The notes under the pieces: generated by a model
What the model was told of the DNA's origin: nothing
Databases searched by the model: none
The model's input: only the letters and a program-made list of their open reading frames with translations
Made by a program: the position numbers and the translations under genes
Shown: positions 25,888 through 39,978 of the stretch, in pieces
Numbering within the stretch: the first letter of the stretch is position 1
Layout: every line of letters starts with the position of its first letter
DNA from: Octopus vulgaris
Taxonomy: Eukaryota
Assembly: GCA_951406725.2 (NCBI GenBank)
Contig: OX597814.1
Coordinates: 143,592,001-143,656,000, forward strand
Reading direction: 5' to 3'
Length of the DNA stretch: 64,000 nt

Positions 25888-28396
25888 GGTTATGACTTTT
25901 TCACAACTCAATAATCTTATAATGTAATTCGATGAATAATGTTATACGAGTCAGGAAAATAACATTTATTTTGCTTTATGATGCCTGCTCAAATATTTTT
26001 TACCAAGCTTGGTGTGCTGACTCAATGCAATACAGAAATAATATATCTGAAATTTCAGCATTTTAGTTGAAATAGTTACGATCACTAGGTGGCTTTAGAT
26101 TCACACTTCAGTATTTCTGCTGCCTAAATCTTTGTAAAAGCAAGAGAGATATGGAATAAAAGTGTATTTATGCATTTTAAAGATTACTGAATTGAAATTG
26201 CTCTATGTAAAGGTTCAAGTAGGCTATTTTAAGACAGAGGACACCACAAGCATTAGATAACATACACAATTTAAAAACAATACATTAACTGTATAAGAAA
26301 AAAGGCTGCTGAACGTTTGCAAATTTTTAAACATAACAAAGAATGAATACGTTTTGTTAGATAAAATAAATCGAAGCTGAAGTTTCTACTTTTTACAAAC
26401 ATCATAAAGATCTTGAAGTCACTTGGTTTGGTCTGGGAATTTTCAGTTTTAATGGTTCTCGACTTTAAACGTTTTTTTACAGAGGTCAATGCTTTTTTAT
26501 GAACTTGCAGGCTTCCACATAACTTCTGATAATCATGTGCATTGGACATTTGGTCAGTAAACCAAAAAATCTGCCCAGCTGTAAGAGATGAATCGATAAA
26601 CGTTGAGAAGCAAAACTCTGTTCTCAGGTAGAAGAATAAATGCCAAAAGAGCTAGTATTGCTCGAGAATTCCATCTTGCATTACTTAAGTTGGGTATTTT
26701 TTGAAACTTTACAGTGGAAAATTTGCCGGTTTCTTCAAAGAAACCAAAAACTCTGGTCGAATGAAATAGAAAATTCATGTCATTTCACCAGCCTGCTGAT
26801 TCAGTAAGCTTTCCTTCACCATTGTTAAAATTAGCCTGGAGTTTCTCGTAATTACTTAGAAGCTCTGGGATGAATGTATATTCAATATTGGGAGATGACT
26901 TTTTTTCTCCAAGTTCGTTATCCATTACAACACGAAGGACTCTGTCATGGATATGATACTGACAACCAATAAATTGCGGTGCTTTCAAATCCTTTTGAGC
27001 AAAGAGTCATTGCAACTGAATGACAATACTATTTCTTTTCCCAGCATTCGCACTTGTTGTACCAGCAACAATGATCTTTATACAGTTCTATAAATTGTAT
27101 TCATCTAAAACAGATGTTATTCCTTTCACAACAGCATCGGTTTTTCCGTTTGGTAATTGGAGTGCTTCTAACTTAACTTCTCCCTGTTCATTTTTTAAAA
27201 CTAGTACTTGGTATTCTTGGTCATCAATACGTTTACCATCAAAATGCACTGACCAGTTTTCTAAATGTAGTGTCTTCTTCATTTTCCTTTTTAGTTTAAC
27301 AACTTCTTTGATAGTCGATCTGTAAATACCAGATTGGAAAGGAGTCTCGACATTGATTCCATTTTGAGGTAATTGTCGACAAACTGTTCCTTCTTTTGAG
27401 GTTCAAAGCTCTGAAGGTATTATTAACTTGGTTGCAGTTCCAGTTTTGCTATACTTCTACCTTGTTTGTGTGGATACTTCATCTGATTTTTCGGACTCTT
27501 GATATTCACTTTCAGTCTCTGCTTCAGACGTTGACGATGACACTGGAGTTGCTCTGGTTGAAGTTGGCATTAAGGACACTTTTCTTCTTTTGGATGGATA
27601 GTTTTGCAACTGGCTACCTTCCCAGTTGCATACCCAACCTGTCCTTTGCTTTCCCTTGCTTTCAATATAATACAACCTTCTATCCTCATTGCACAGTCAT
27701 TCACCGTTTTCCTTTGTGATGTCAAAAATGTTTTTCTATGAATCGCATTTTCCTCGTTTTACACATTTATCGTAGGTATTCAGTACTTTTTCTACTTTTG
27801 CTTGTACATTTTGAATTGATAAATATGGGGCATTTAATTTCTTTTGTCATATAAAAGCTATTTTTTTCGAAATTTCTTTTGGTCTTTCTTTCCTTCCTTT
27901 GAAAGTACCTCTAAAGAACAGGTAGCGACGGGCAATTTGAAGTTTCATTGGTATCCTGGAGTTGTTTTCCAAAGAATGTTTTTCTAGAAGAACAGGTCTT
28001 CTTTTCCTGTGTGAGTCTTGAAATTGCACGAGATTCTTCGTCCAGATGTTTTTGTTTCTTTGAGTAACACAAGCACTTCTCTTATGACATATTATTTTAG
28101 ATACTCTAGTTTGATAAGCCTACTATTCTGAAAAACAGTTAATATAGTCAGAGTTTTTAGCATCACAGAAATAGAAAAGGAGAGGAAGAGGATATTTCCT
28201 ATAGTAGGACTTAAGTTGTAACAAATTAAAAACTCCTTAAACTTGAAAGCTGAAATTTGAGATATACTGCACACCAAATTTGGTAATAACTTGAGAAGGC
28301 ACTAGGAACCCCCTAGAATTTTGCATGATTCGTGGGGAGGGAAGTGGTGTCAGATTTCGTCAGCTAGGAGAGTCGTTTTTTTTTAAAAACAACTTA
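25884..28396 (-). mobile_element. Decayed hAT-superfamily (hATm-like) DNA transposon
   Basis: Colinear interrupted frames ~26280-28090 with VHFDGK, AGTTSANAG (DTTxxNTG-like), GCQYH (CxxH) and SNARWNSRA motifs. The left end starts TAGGGT; the right TIR is degenerate. Confidence 0.75.
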
Positions 28397-28553
28397 ACAT
28401 AAAGGTTATTTTCCCTTCTTTTACGAAAATGTATATATATATACATACATATATATATACATATATATACATATATATATATATTTACACACACACACAC
28501 ACATATATATATATAAGCACATACACATACATACAGACACACAGAGGCACACG

Positions 28554-28604
<51 letters not shown>

Positions 28605-29302
28605 CTCCTGAATTTCTTTGTTTCACCAATTTTCTCAAACCTTTTGGATTAAGAAAAAGCAGGATCAACTCCTATCTGCTTAGTTTTATTTTCCCAGAAT
28701 TTCCATCGGCTCATATTCTACCGCTATATACTTATGTTTGTCAATTCTAAATACCACAAACTACAATGCTTTTCTACTAATTCCATGCATAATCTCATTC
28801 AAACTTACTACTTACATAGGCCTCAAGACTTATTTAGAATTAGGGAAATAGGCATAATATGATTAACGGATGGCTTTCTTTCTTTAATTTCACTTCTGTC
28901 ATCTCTATCCTGAACAAGCATTGACTACTCCACTCCTCCCAATAAAATGTCTGTACTCTTTCTGTCACGTTTTTTTTTTAAATACAAGTTTTGTTAAAGC
29001 AGGCCACAAGCAGTTTTGTTGGCTTCTATTTTTCTATATATGAACAAATTGAGGGCATACAGCTAAAAACAAATAATTCCAAGACAGTATTAAATAGAAA
29101 GCGCCAATATGAATCATGATTTAAAGAAGCGACCCTTTAGAGTAATATGTGGTAAATTTGACCAAGTGGAAGAAGGAAAGTTTGATTAGGATCTTCTGAA
29201 ACATTGTCAACCTTTGTTACTCTAAGTCTCGAAAACCCCGGCTGTCAGATCGGATAGGTAGATTATCTATTATTAGACTTCGGTGGTTATTATACCACAC
29301 AG

Positions 29303-29625
29303 AGGCTCGTGACTATGTGGTTAGGTTATTCAGCTTATGATCGTAAAGTCGTGATCTCAGGACACGGCGGCACGCTGTGTCCTTGAGCAAGACACTTCAT
29401 TTCACGTTGCCTCAGTCCACTCCGCTGGCTAAAATGAGTAGCACGCTGTATTTAAAAGTGCCAGCCTTGTCACACTCTGTGTCACGCTGATTACCGGTAA
29501 GAACTACGTTAAGGATACGCGTGTCTGTGGAGTGCTCAGCCACTTGCACGTTAATTTCACGAGCAGGCTGTTCCTTTGATCGAATCCACTTGTACCCTAG
29601 TCGTCGTAAGCGACGGAGTGCTAGT
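29303..29625 (+). mobile_element. SINE family C
   Basis: ccttgagcaagacacttcatttcacgttg..cagtccactccgctgg; 3' gtcgtcgtaagcgacggagtg. Confidence 0.8.
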
Positions 29626-29664
29626 TAAACAGCATCAACTAAACTGATGTAATTATGGCAATTC

Positions 29665-30455
29665 ATTGATCAAGTGATTGGTCAGTTCAAAGAATACATT
29701 TGTGAGTGGTGTTTAGTCTCACTGCGTGGCACCTTGAGCGAGTATGTTCTACTTTAGTCCCGGGTCGACCAACACCTTATGAATAAATTTGGTAGACAGA
29801 AATTGTGTGGAAACCCGTCGTAAATGCATATATACATGTTAATGGCTTAGCTGGCTGAAACATTTTTGCGCTAAAGAAATATAAATTAGTATTCTATAAA
29901 AGAATGGAGTAGCCATTCAGATTAATGTAAAATTCTTTTTATCATAGCTGAACATAAGAATATATAGTTGAAATTTCAGAAAAACAATAGACGAAGACAG
30001 GTGTATGAACAACAAGCAAGTGTATTAGTTTGACGTTCGGGAAAATGAAAAAAGTATTTTACGTTTCGAGCCTACGCTCTTCAACAGAAAGGAAAAAGAA
30101 AAAATGAACAGAGAGAGAGAGAATGAAAAAAAACTTGTAGATTTCAGCGGTCCAGCATGGTGTATTATATTATACTGTATTATATGAAGTGGAGATGTAT
30201 GCGCTAGGTGCGCGACAAAATTATGTGTGTGTGTCTGTGTATGTGTGTTTGTCTCTACCACCGCTTGACAACCGGTGTTAATTTGTTTACCTCCATGTAA
30301 TCAAGCGGTTTAACAAAAAAAAAAAAATCTATAGAATAATTACCAGACTTGAATAATATGTCCTGGGATCGATTTGTTTGATTAAAACTTTTCTAGGCAA
30401 TGCTCCAGTATGGCCGCACTCCGATGAGCGAAACAATGAAAAAATAAAAGATACA
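29665..30455 (+). mobile_element. SINE family B split by later insertions in its internal microsatellite
   Basis: 5' half 29665-29830, 3' half 30222-30455; the gap contains a hammerhead-bearing fragment. Confidence 0.65.
30057..30090 (-). ncRNA. Minimal hammerhead motif (CUGUUGA variant) in a PLE-like end, ~29970-30130
   Basis: Minus strand: ttt CTGTTGA a gagc gtag gctc GAAACGT A aaa. Same motif as 50049-50086. Confidence 0.55.
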
Positions 30456-30770
30456 AGAAAATATTAAAAAATGGTAGTGATTGATTTGCAAATCGAAGAA
30501 TATGATTTGAGTTTCCAACTTGTTAATTAGAAACAGTGTCAGATTACAAGTTGGAATATCAAGCTGTTAAATAAAGTCTCTAGAGCTTCACTTTTTTCAT
30601 AGCGAAGATTAATTATTGATAACTAAATTCACAAGAAGTGAAAGTAGATAAGAGCCTCTTATTATTGTTAGTAAACCTCAAGCCAGTTCAGACCTAGCAC
30701 AGCCGTAACAATTTCCCTTTTGTATAGCTAAGGTTACATTTTCCTGTTTATCTCCTTTTTTTTTTAATAT

Positions 30771-30992
30771 GATAGGGGTGCTGAAAAATTCCTAGCTTTC
30801 AGGGTATCACGAAAGGCCTGGTTGGAGGCCTAAACCCTCAGAGTTAGTTTTATAGGGCTTAGAAAAACTGAAGGACTGCTGCAATAAAACTCTGAATCTG
30901 AGAGGGAAATATGATGAATAAAATTATAATTAACTGATCTTCTCGTATTTTCTTTTAACAAAATCCAGGATCTTTTCAACACCCACCTCGTA
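30771..30992 (+). mobile_element. Mariner-derived MITE (~220 bp)
   Basis: TIRs ggggtgctgaaaaattcct / aggatcttttcaacaccc; retains a transposase C-terminal NLRGKYDE* remnant. Inverse copy at 49503-49715. Confidence 0.75.
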
Positions 30993-31344
30993 TGGGATCT
31001 CAAGAAATTTCGCTATGTTAGGCGATTGCATAGGAGGTGTCATAAATAATTTACTAGCTCGTGCAGACAGAAGGAATTTTCTAAACATGTTTCAAGAAAA
31101 AACATACGAAGGCAATGTTTAAAATTTAGCTTTTACTACAGTCTAATATAAAAATTGATCAATTGAAGATTAATATAAACGTAACGAATATAACTGTTTT
31201 ATCTTCTGCATATCTTTTCCTTTATGGATATAGATTTCGTGTGCAATAGCGTCGATGGTTATAGGTTTCCAAGGAGGCAATCACAACATCGTCGAAAGTG
31301 AGAGTAATAGCAGAATATTTGTACAATAAAGATGGAATAAATGT

Positions 31345-31545
31345 CGGTTTAAATTTTGGCACAAAGCCACCATTTCGGGTGGGGGAGTGAGTAAGTTGAT
31401 TACATCGACACCAGTGCTCAACTGGTACTTATTTTATCGATTCCCAAGAGGATGGAAGGTATAGTTGAGCTCGGCTGAATTTGAATTCAGAACGCGAAAA
31501 TGGACGAAATGCCACTAAATATTTTATCTGGCGTGCTAACGATTC
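31345..31545 (-). mobile_element. SINE family A
   Basis: Homology to 120-300 and 7471-7708. Confidence 0.8.
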
Positions 31546-31736
31546 AGAGATGAAATAAATATTATGACGTAATTCTATTCACTGCACCACTTTACCGCCA
31601 TTTTCTAAATATACATACCTTTCATCTATATGCACACTCACAAACAGTGAGATATGTGTGCATGCCCCTCTCTGACTGTCAAAACCAGTATAAGTGTGTG
31701 GTGTGTGTGTGCTTGTGTGTGTGCGCGTGTGTGTGT

Positions 31737-31806
<70 letters not shown>

Positions 31807-32069
31807 CGTGTATGTGTACTTCTATAAAGATAACTTTCTGGCCAAATTAGCTCACTGTGGTTGAAGTAATTTGGTCTGGTGGTAAGATATCTAATGATTG
31901 GTAATCGATCTGTTCGACCGAATAGCCGGTCATTTTGAATCTTCTAGCAACAAAAGATTGACAATATTTCATAATTGTAAGAAAAGTAATATACAATACG
32001 ATGGTATTTATATGAGTATGTATATATGCGCGCACAAACGCATACGCACACACACATGCATACACACAC

Positions 32070-32253
32070 ATACATACATGCATACATACATACATACATA
32101 CATACATACATACATACATACATGCATACATACATACATACATACATACATACATACATACATACATACATGCATGCATGCATACATACATACATACATA
32201 CATACATACATACATACATACATACATACATACATACATACATACATACATAC
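32070..32253. repeat. (TACA)n microsatellite
   Basis: Direct reading. Confidence 0.95.
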
Positions 32254-32698
32254 AAGAACAATACAGCAGGGTTATTTTCTGTTTATGAAACAAATGATAC
32301 CACAAAGCTGGCGTTAAAAGAGATCGGTTTTACAACAGCTCGCGTGCAAACGGGACCTACAGCAGAAACTAGCAATTCATGTATGCTGTATCTGAAAAAA
32401 AAAAGAAAAAAGAAATAATAATAATAATAAGTTCTAAGGAATTGAAAATTCTTTGTCGGGTGTAGTTAATATTCTTCTCACAAGTTACTTACAGACAACT
32501 GATTAAAGAAACATTTAAATTGGTATGACATTACAAACATAGCAAGGTATTATTAACGATCTTATCTTTAGGTATTAGATCAAATAAATATTTTCTTTGT
32601 GTATTTTTTCAACTATATGTAGAAGAGCAAACACAGATCTTACATCCACGCGCATTCACTTAACACTTTTACAAAGGTAGCATAAACATATATTGCAC

Positions 32699-32753
<55 letters not shown>

Positions 32754-33439
32754 TTACTCATTTATTTATATACATACGCACACAGACCTAAAAATATATA
32801 CATCTAAACGAACATATTTTCTTCTGCTGCTTTTCTATAGTACATGTATTCTACGATATGTGTGTGTGCGCGTGCGTATAAGTATGTGTGTGTATGTGCG
32901 TGTGCCTGTGTGTACAATCACATACAAATATGCACACGAACACATGTATATATATGGAGTAGGGGGTGCTCTGGGTTGAGATAATACTTCTAATATTTGG
33001 CCCGTTGCTCCCTAATTTGAAGCGTTCGTTTGCATCACTGGTCCTTGATCATTTTCTAAATCTCTCCTGTGTATGTATAAGCGTTAGAGCTTGTCAAACC
33101 GCTTCAACGAGCGGGAAAAACTGATGGAATGTTGTTAACATGGTAACATTAAGCGAATGACTTCCATGACGAAGTCAAAGCGCACAAAACTTTTACAGAC
33201 GAATTGTAGCGGTCTGTTATAGTCATGTGTAGCTTAAGAACGAGGAGGACCACTTAGTTTTGGCGTGCAAATATCTCTATGCCGTACCAATAGCAGTGAC
33301 CGCTCCATCGTTTTTCTATCTAAGAAGATGCAGTAAATATCCATCTGGTGATGCAATTCAAATGTTCCCGATAGAAACAACATCAGCATTATTATTATCA
33401 CTATGGCCAGGGTCCAACCCAGGTTGCAGCAACAAAGTA

Positions 33440-33860
33440 CACCTGTCACACTTCTCAGTCCATCATCATTGCCTCGAGGTCCTGGATACATTCCAGGCCA
33501 GTCTTTGTAATCAAGTTGTCGATGTGTGTCGACGTTTTCCTCTTGTTTGTCACATGGAATGTAAGGACACTGGTGCAAGCAAGAAAATCACAAGAACGGT
33601 ATTGCGAAGTATGCTGGCATCTTCGGGCTCTAAGAAACCAGATGAAAGAACACTGACAAAAATTTATACGAGAGGATCTCATATACACTATATCAGGAAA
33701 AAATAGTCTTCTATAAAGTTTAAAAGCCCTATTAAGAGAATTTTCAATATGTTGGGCGCCAAAGAGAAGGAATGAGCAGATGAATCTCTAGTTTTTTTTC
33801 CTCAAGTAAAAATATATTCGACACAGTTGCACCTCATTAGAACAAATGTTAGAGAGGAGT
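33440..33860 (-). pseudogene. Decayed RTE-type LINE C-terminus
   Basis: THIDNLITKTGLECIQDLEAMMMD*EV* resembles the RTE terminal TYIDxLxxDTGL...L..AMxDRxxW. Confidence 0.45.
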
Positions 33861-34233
33861 GACTGTACTGAGAAATTCGTGTACACAGGATTTTGTTAAC
33901 CTAATACTGAATGGAGTTAGAAAGAGAAAATTAAGGTTGTTTAATCTTCTAGTCATTCACGATGAGTCAACGAATGCTACCACGAAATGTTTAATTCCTA
34001 ACTAAAGAGCACGTACCGAGTAAGCCTAACTACTATAAGTCATCTAATGTGCATAATATTAAGATTATCTACTTTTACATCCATTTACACATTACACGCT
34101 TCAACAGAAGAATCATCCAACATTGTACACTTTGTCACAAGCAGCCGCCTACAACTACCGAAATCGATAAATTTATTCATCGATGAAATATTCATTTTCC
34201 AAGATAGTGATCAGTAAACAACACTTATCTTAC

Positions 34234-34419
34234 CTGTGTGCATCCCAAGCTGCTACACCTACACAGACCTCAGGAGCCAATGATTTCAAAGGACCTTCAA
34301 GAAAAATGTTACGTAGATGTCCCAATGTATACCAGAGAATGAACAATCCCAACATAAGAGGAATATTCTCAACAATGTCTCCTTTATTCACCATGACTGT
34401 GCAAATGCCGATTTTATCT
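34234..34419 (-). other. Candidate 186-nt exon
   Basis: Acceptor tatcttcacag|, donor CAG|gtaaga, one open frame (phase 2-2). No recognisable homology. Confidence 0.25.
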
Positions 34420-35044
34420 CTGTGAAGATACACACATTTCATCTACAGAATTCTCTATTAGTTGATTTTTTTATGCCATTAACTTTTAGGTAAATTTTAC
34501 AGAAATTTCAACTTCACTGAAATTTCTAAAGAAAGGTAGCCTACTCACATTTCATATGTCAGTGTTACCCACTGTTCAGTAGCAAAACAACAGTTTCTGT
34601 AACAAACCTAACAGTCGTCCTGCTAGGGGCTCAGTTACCTGACTAGAACTGGTTAAAAAGAACAAGGCTTACACATCATTCAATAAATTGGTTTAGAATT
34701 CGCGGCTACTCACTCCTTGTTATCATCGAATCAACTAACCCAGACGATTTTGCTTCATGTGAAAGAATAAGTATACACAATATGCATACACTCACAGACA
34801 CACAAACACACATACATTTACATAATAATCGTTCAAAGTAGAGTCTGCGGAGTTGCAGCTCAGCCTATCTCGTTAACACTTCTCGAAGACTGAGAACGGA
34901 AATCTCAAAATAGTGATTCACACAGACGCAACTTTGAACAAATATTATTCTGCATTATCACAAAATATTGGGTTCTTTCTTTATCTTAATAGCAACTCTC
35001 ATCAGTGTGACTATCATTCTATCATATGTGTGTCTGTGTATGTA

Positions 35045-35190
35045 TATACGTACGTACGTACGTACGTATGTATGTATGTATGTATGTATGTATGTATGTA
35101 TGTATGTATGTATGTATGTATGTATGTATGTATGTATGAGTGTATGTATGTATGTATGTATGTATGTATGTATGTATGTATGTATGTATG

Positions 35191-35224
<34 letters not shown>

Positions 35225-35245
35225 TGTATGTATGTATGTACGTAT
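35045..35245. repeat. (TATG)n microsatellite
   Basis: Direct reading. Confidence 0.95.
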
Positions 35246-35621
35246 GTGTGTACATATATATGTACAGATGAAATAGCTGGAACATTTCAAGTAGCATTGT
35301 ATATACTGTATATACTGGACCAAATCAATCAATGAAGCCATACAGTACAGTGGTGTACGAAACACTTGTATTTTACTTGTTTTCGATCATAAAATGTCCA
35401 TGTAGCTGATATTTCGGTGTAAAACATCGCATCGTAAAATTACAGGAAGTCAGATATTTTCCGGATTCTATTCTGTTGTTTTAGGTCGTCACATTATCAC
35501 GTTAGTGTTCTTCTTCGCCACACTTTGGCAATATTGTTGTGTATGTAAATATGTATGAATATATGCATGTACATATGGGTGTATATACATTGAAGCACAT
35601 GCATAAATACGAATATATATA

Positions 35622-36892
35622 CGAGAGGGTGTATGAAAAGTTTTGAGCCTAACCTAGAAACGGGGCTGCTATATAGCTGAAACAATTTTTTTCTGGTAAG
35701 TACAGTTTTTTCGGAGTATTCTTGCTCATTTTCATGATTCTGATATTTTAATTTTGTTTTGTTGCAGATTTTTGAACAAACAAGCTTCGAGTTTACAAAG
35801 AAAATGGAGAAAATTGAGTATCGTGCTGTCATAAAGTACCGTCATTTGAAAGGCATGACTCTATCAGAAATCCATGAAGATATGTTGAAAACCTTAACAG
35901 ACAATACTCTTTCATATGCAACAGCCAAACTCTAGGTAAATGAATTCAAGTGTAGCAGGGAGAGTGTGGAAGATGATCCCAGGCCAGGGAAACCTCCAAC
36001 TGTAACCACCAAGGACAACATTGACCTTGCTCTTGGTATGATAATGCAAGATCACCGGATATCATGTCGCCAGATAGCCGAGAGACTGGGCATCTCAACT
36101 GAAAGAGTAGACAACATTGTGACAAAAGAACTTGGGTTCTCAAAGGTTTCTGCAAGGTGGGTCCCTCGCCTTTTGACGCCTGAACAGAAACGCACCAGGT
36201 GCACTTTATCCACGAGCAATCTGGAACTGTTTGAAGCCGATGAAGAGAATTTTCTTGCTCGTTTCATTACTATGGACGAAAGTTGGGTTCATCACTACCA
36301 ACCTGAAACCAAAGAACAATCAAAGCAGTGGAAGCACACGTTTTCTCCTACCCACAAAGAATGCCAGGGTCATTCCTTCAGCTGGCAAGGTCATGGCGTC
36401 CGATTTATGGGATTGTCAAGGTGTCTTGCTGATCGATTACCTTGAAAAGGGTCACACCGTGACAGGGCTGTATTATTCTTAGCTACTGAAACGCTCCCGA
36501 GAAGCAATCAAAGAAAAAAGGCTTAGAATGCTCACCAGAGGAGTCCTTTTTTATCACGACAATGCTCCAGCCCACACCTCTGTTGTTGCCATGGCAACAA
36601 TTCGTGATTGTGGATCGTCAGACTTAGCCCCCTCTGACTTTCATCTATTTCCAAAAATGAAAAAAGCCCTGGTTGGTCACCATTTTCCTCAGTGACAATG
36701 ACGTCATAGACGCTGTAGGAAGTTTCTTGGCGTCTCAAACAGAAGAGTTCTTCTACGCCGGGATAATGACGCTTCAGTATCGCTGGAGAAAGTGTTCAGC
36801 CACTGGTGGGGATTATGTTGAAAAATAAATCATCAGAAGTTTTGTACCATGTTTTGTTTTTGGGGGGCTCAAGACTTTTCATACACCCCTCA
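35622..36892 (+). mobile_element. Near full-length mariner (DD34D) with pseudogenised transposase 35804-36828
   Basis: TIRs gggtgtatgaaaagttttgagcc / ggctcaagacttttcatacaccc with TA TSD. MEKIEYRAVIK, SARWVPRLLT, ITMDESWVHHY, HDNAPAH, SDLAPSDFHLF, GDYVEK*. In-frame stop near 35932, frameshifts, and deletion of the HPPY segment. Confidence 0.95.
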
Positions 36893-36967
36893 TATAGAAA
36901 TATAAGCTTATATGATATATGGGCGCACACATTTGTTCGTTTATATGTATGTCTGTGGTGTATGGGT

Positions 36968-37083
<116 letters not shown>

Positions 37084-37732
37084 TCGCACTTTTATATATC
37101 TACAAGTAACCACATTAATATATAAGGAAATAAACATACACACACACATATGCGTATATTAGTAATACATTTATATACTCAGAAACTCATATATAAGAAA
37201 ATATTATATATAGTATATATATTTATATATATATATTTATATATATATTTATATATATATAAATAGTATATATATTTATATATACATTTAAACGCACACA
37301 CAAGCACTTACAAACTGACACACATGAGTGTGTGCTATGTTTGTGGGTGTGTACGTATGTGTAATTTAAATAGATGTAATTTAGGATTAGCGCTCGGTTC
37401 AGCAAAATAGACATCTTTTGATGTGTGTCTGTCTCTTGAAACATCAAAAGTTATATCGACGCGTGACACAATAACAGCCTGAATATTTCACAACTTGTAG
37501 AGTCAATATAACGATTGAATATTTATTCTTCAGGCCTAGGCAATTTATCATGAGCAGCTAGTGATGCACTTAGATGAAAGACAGCAGATTCATATTGAGG
37601 AGTAAGGAAAAAAAAAAACCCGGGATAGTTGTAGAACCAGAACGAGGAAGATAATATGGGCATTTTGATATGAGATGAAATGTGATGGACAGATAATCAT
37701 GAAAGGAGGAGGAAAACAGGAATGAAGAATTC

Positions 37733-37734
<2 letters not shown>

Positions 37735-37795
<61 letters not shown>

Positions 37796-38338
37796 GAAGA
37801 GAGAGAGAAAGAGGAAGAGAGAGAGAAAGAGGAAGAGAGAGAGAAAGAGGAAGAGAGAGAGAGAGATTGTAAGGAAGTGAGGAAAGAATGAAGGGTGTTG
37901 ATGTGAATGACAAAGAGAACATGTAGAAGAAGAACTAAATGTCTAATGAAAGAAATGGGAAAGAAGAAAAGGTGGTAGAGAGACGCGAGAGAGAAAGACA
38001 TAGAAGGAAGTATAGGGAGCGGAAGAGAGATGAGTGAGAGTGAGAGACAGGTGTGTTAGAGAATGGGACGTATTTGTGTGTGTGTGAAAGAGAGAGAGAA
38101 AGAGAGAAAGAGAGAGCGAGAGCACGAGAGAGCGTAGTGAGAACGAGATGTGTGCGCGTGTGTGTGAGTGAGAAAGAGATAGAAAGAGAAAGAGACAGAG
38201 AGACAGTGAGATGAGTAGATCGCGGAAGAGAGATGAACGAAAGTGAGAATGTGTGTTAGAGAATGGGGTATGAGAGTGAAAGAGTGAAAGAGAGAAGAGG
38301 AGAAAGAGAACATAGTGAGAATAAGGTGTGTGTGTGTA

Positions 38339-38372
<34 letters not shown>

Positions 38373-38449
38373 TGGTGGTGAGTAGAGAGCGAAAGAGAGA
38401 TGAGTGAGATTGAGAGAGAGAGGTGTGTTCGTAACTTAGGGCTGATAGA

Positions 38450-38489
<40 letters not shown>

Positions 38490-38578
38490 GAGTGAGAGAG
38501 AGACAAAAAGAGAGAGAGACAGAGAGAAAGTGAGAGTTGGAAGTGTTGGAGAGAATGCAGTAAAAATGATGTGAGAAG

Positions 38579-38617
<39 letters not shown>

Positions 38618-38766
38618 TGTGTGTGTGTGTGTGTGTGTGCGTGTGTGTACGCGCGAGATTGTGAAAAGCACTAAGAATATATAAGGGAAGTGAAACAAAA
38701 CTAGATAAGGAAAAGAATGAGTGAAATAAAGAAGGAAGGATTTAGAGAACGAGAGACTTAGAGCGT

Positions 38767-38817
<51 letters not shown>

Positions 38818-39152
38818 AGAAGAAGAAGAAGAAGTAGAGGTAGAAGTAGAAGTAGAAGAAGAAGAAGAAGAAGAAGAAGAAGACGACGACGACGAAGAAG
38901 AAGACGACGACGACGAAGAAGAAGAAGAAGAAGAAGAAGAAGAAGAAGAAGAAGAAGAAGAAGAAGAAGAAGAAGAAGAAGAAGAAGAAGAAGAAGAAGA
39001 AGAAGAAGAAGAAGAAGAAGAAGAAGAAGAAGAAGAAGAAGAAGAAGAAGAAGAAGAAGAAGAAGAAGAAGAAGAAGAAGAAGAAGAAGAAGAAGAAGAA
39101 GAAGAAGAAGAAGAAGAAGAAGAAGAAGAAGAAGAAGAAGAAGAAGAAGAAG

Positions 39153-39183
<31 letters not shown>

Positions 39184-39530
39184 GGAAGAAAGACAAATAT
39201 TGAAGACTAAAGGACTGAAAGTAGGAAATCGGAAAAAAAAAACGATCGAGAAATAGAAAATAGTAAAGATGAAGAACATTGTATTATAAAGCAAAAAAAA
39301 AAAAAAGCAGAGCTGTTCTTTAGTGGTTGTTAGATATGTACAATGAATAGGTAGTTTTAGATATTTAAATAAAGATGAAAGAATAAAGAGGTGGGAGACA
39401 GAGAAATATCGAGAGAGGCGAAGTAGGAGAGAGAGAGTGAAGCGGGAGAGGTGAAGTGGGAGAGGTGAAGTGGGAGAGACAGCAAAGAAAGTACAAAAAG
39501 AATGGTAAAAAGATGTTATGAGAACTAAAG
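37735..39530. repeat. Purine-rich compound microsatellite domain including ~370 bp of (GAA)n at 38813-39182
   Basis: Direct reading: (GA)n, (GAGAGAGAAAGAGGAAGA)n and (GAA)n. Confidence 0.95.
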
Positions 39531-39587
39531 AAAAGAAATTTGTGTACATCGCTTTTCTTCTTCTCTCGCATCGTATACCAATATACA

Positions 39588-39626
<39 letters not shown>

Positions 39627-39725
39627 GCATATATATATTCATATATGTATTTGTATTTATGTATCCACATGCATGTATGTGAATCTATATACGCACACAC
39701 ACGCATGCATATACATATTTGTGCA

Positions 39726-39779
<54 letters not shown>

Positions 39780-39923
39780 GTCTATGTATATTATTTATGA
39801 ATGAATAGATGCACTTTAAAGTGCTACACACACACATACACACATACACACATATAAAGCATGTTAAAGTGCATATATACATTCATAAACATAAAGTCTG
39901 AATGCAAAAGCAAAACACATTCA

Positions 39924-39975
<52 letters not shown>

Positions 39976-39978
<3 letters not shown>

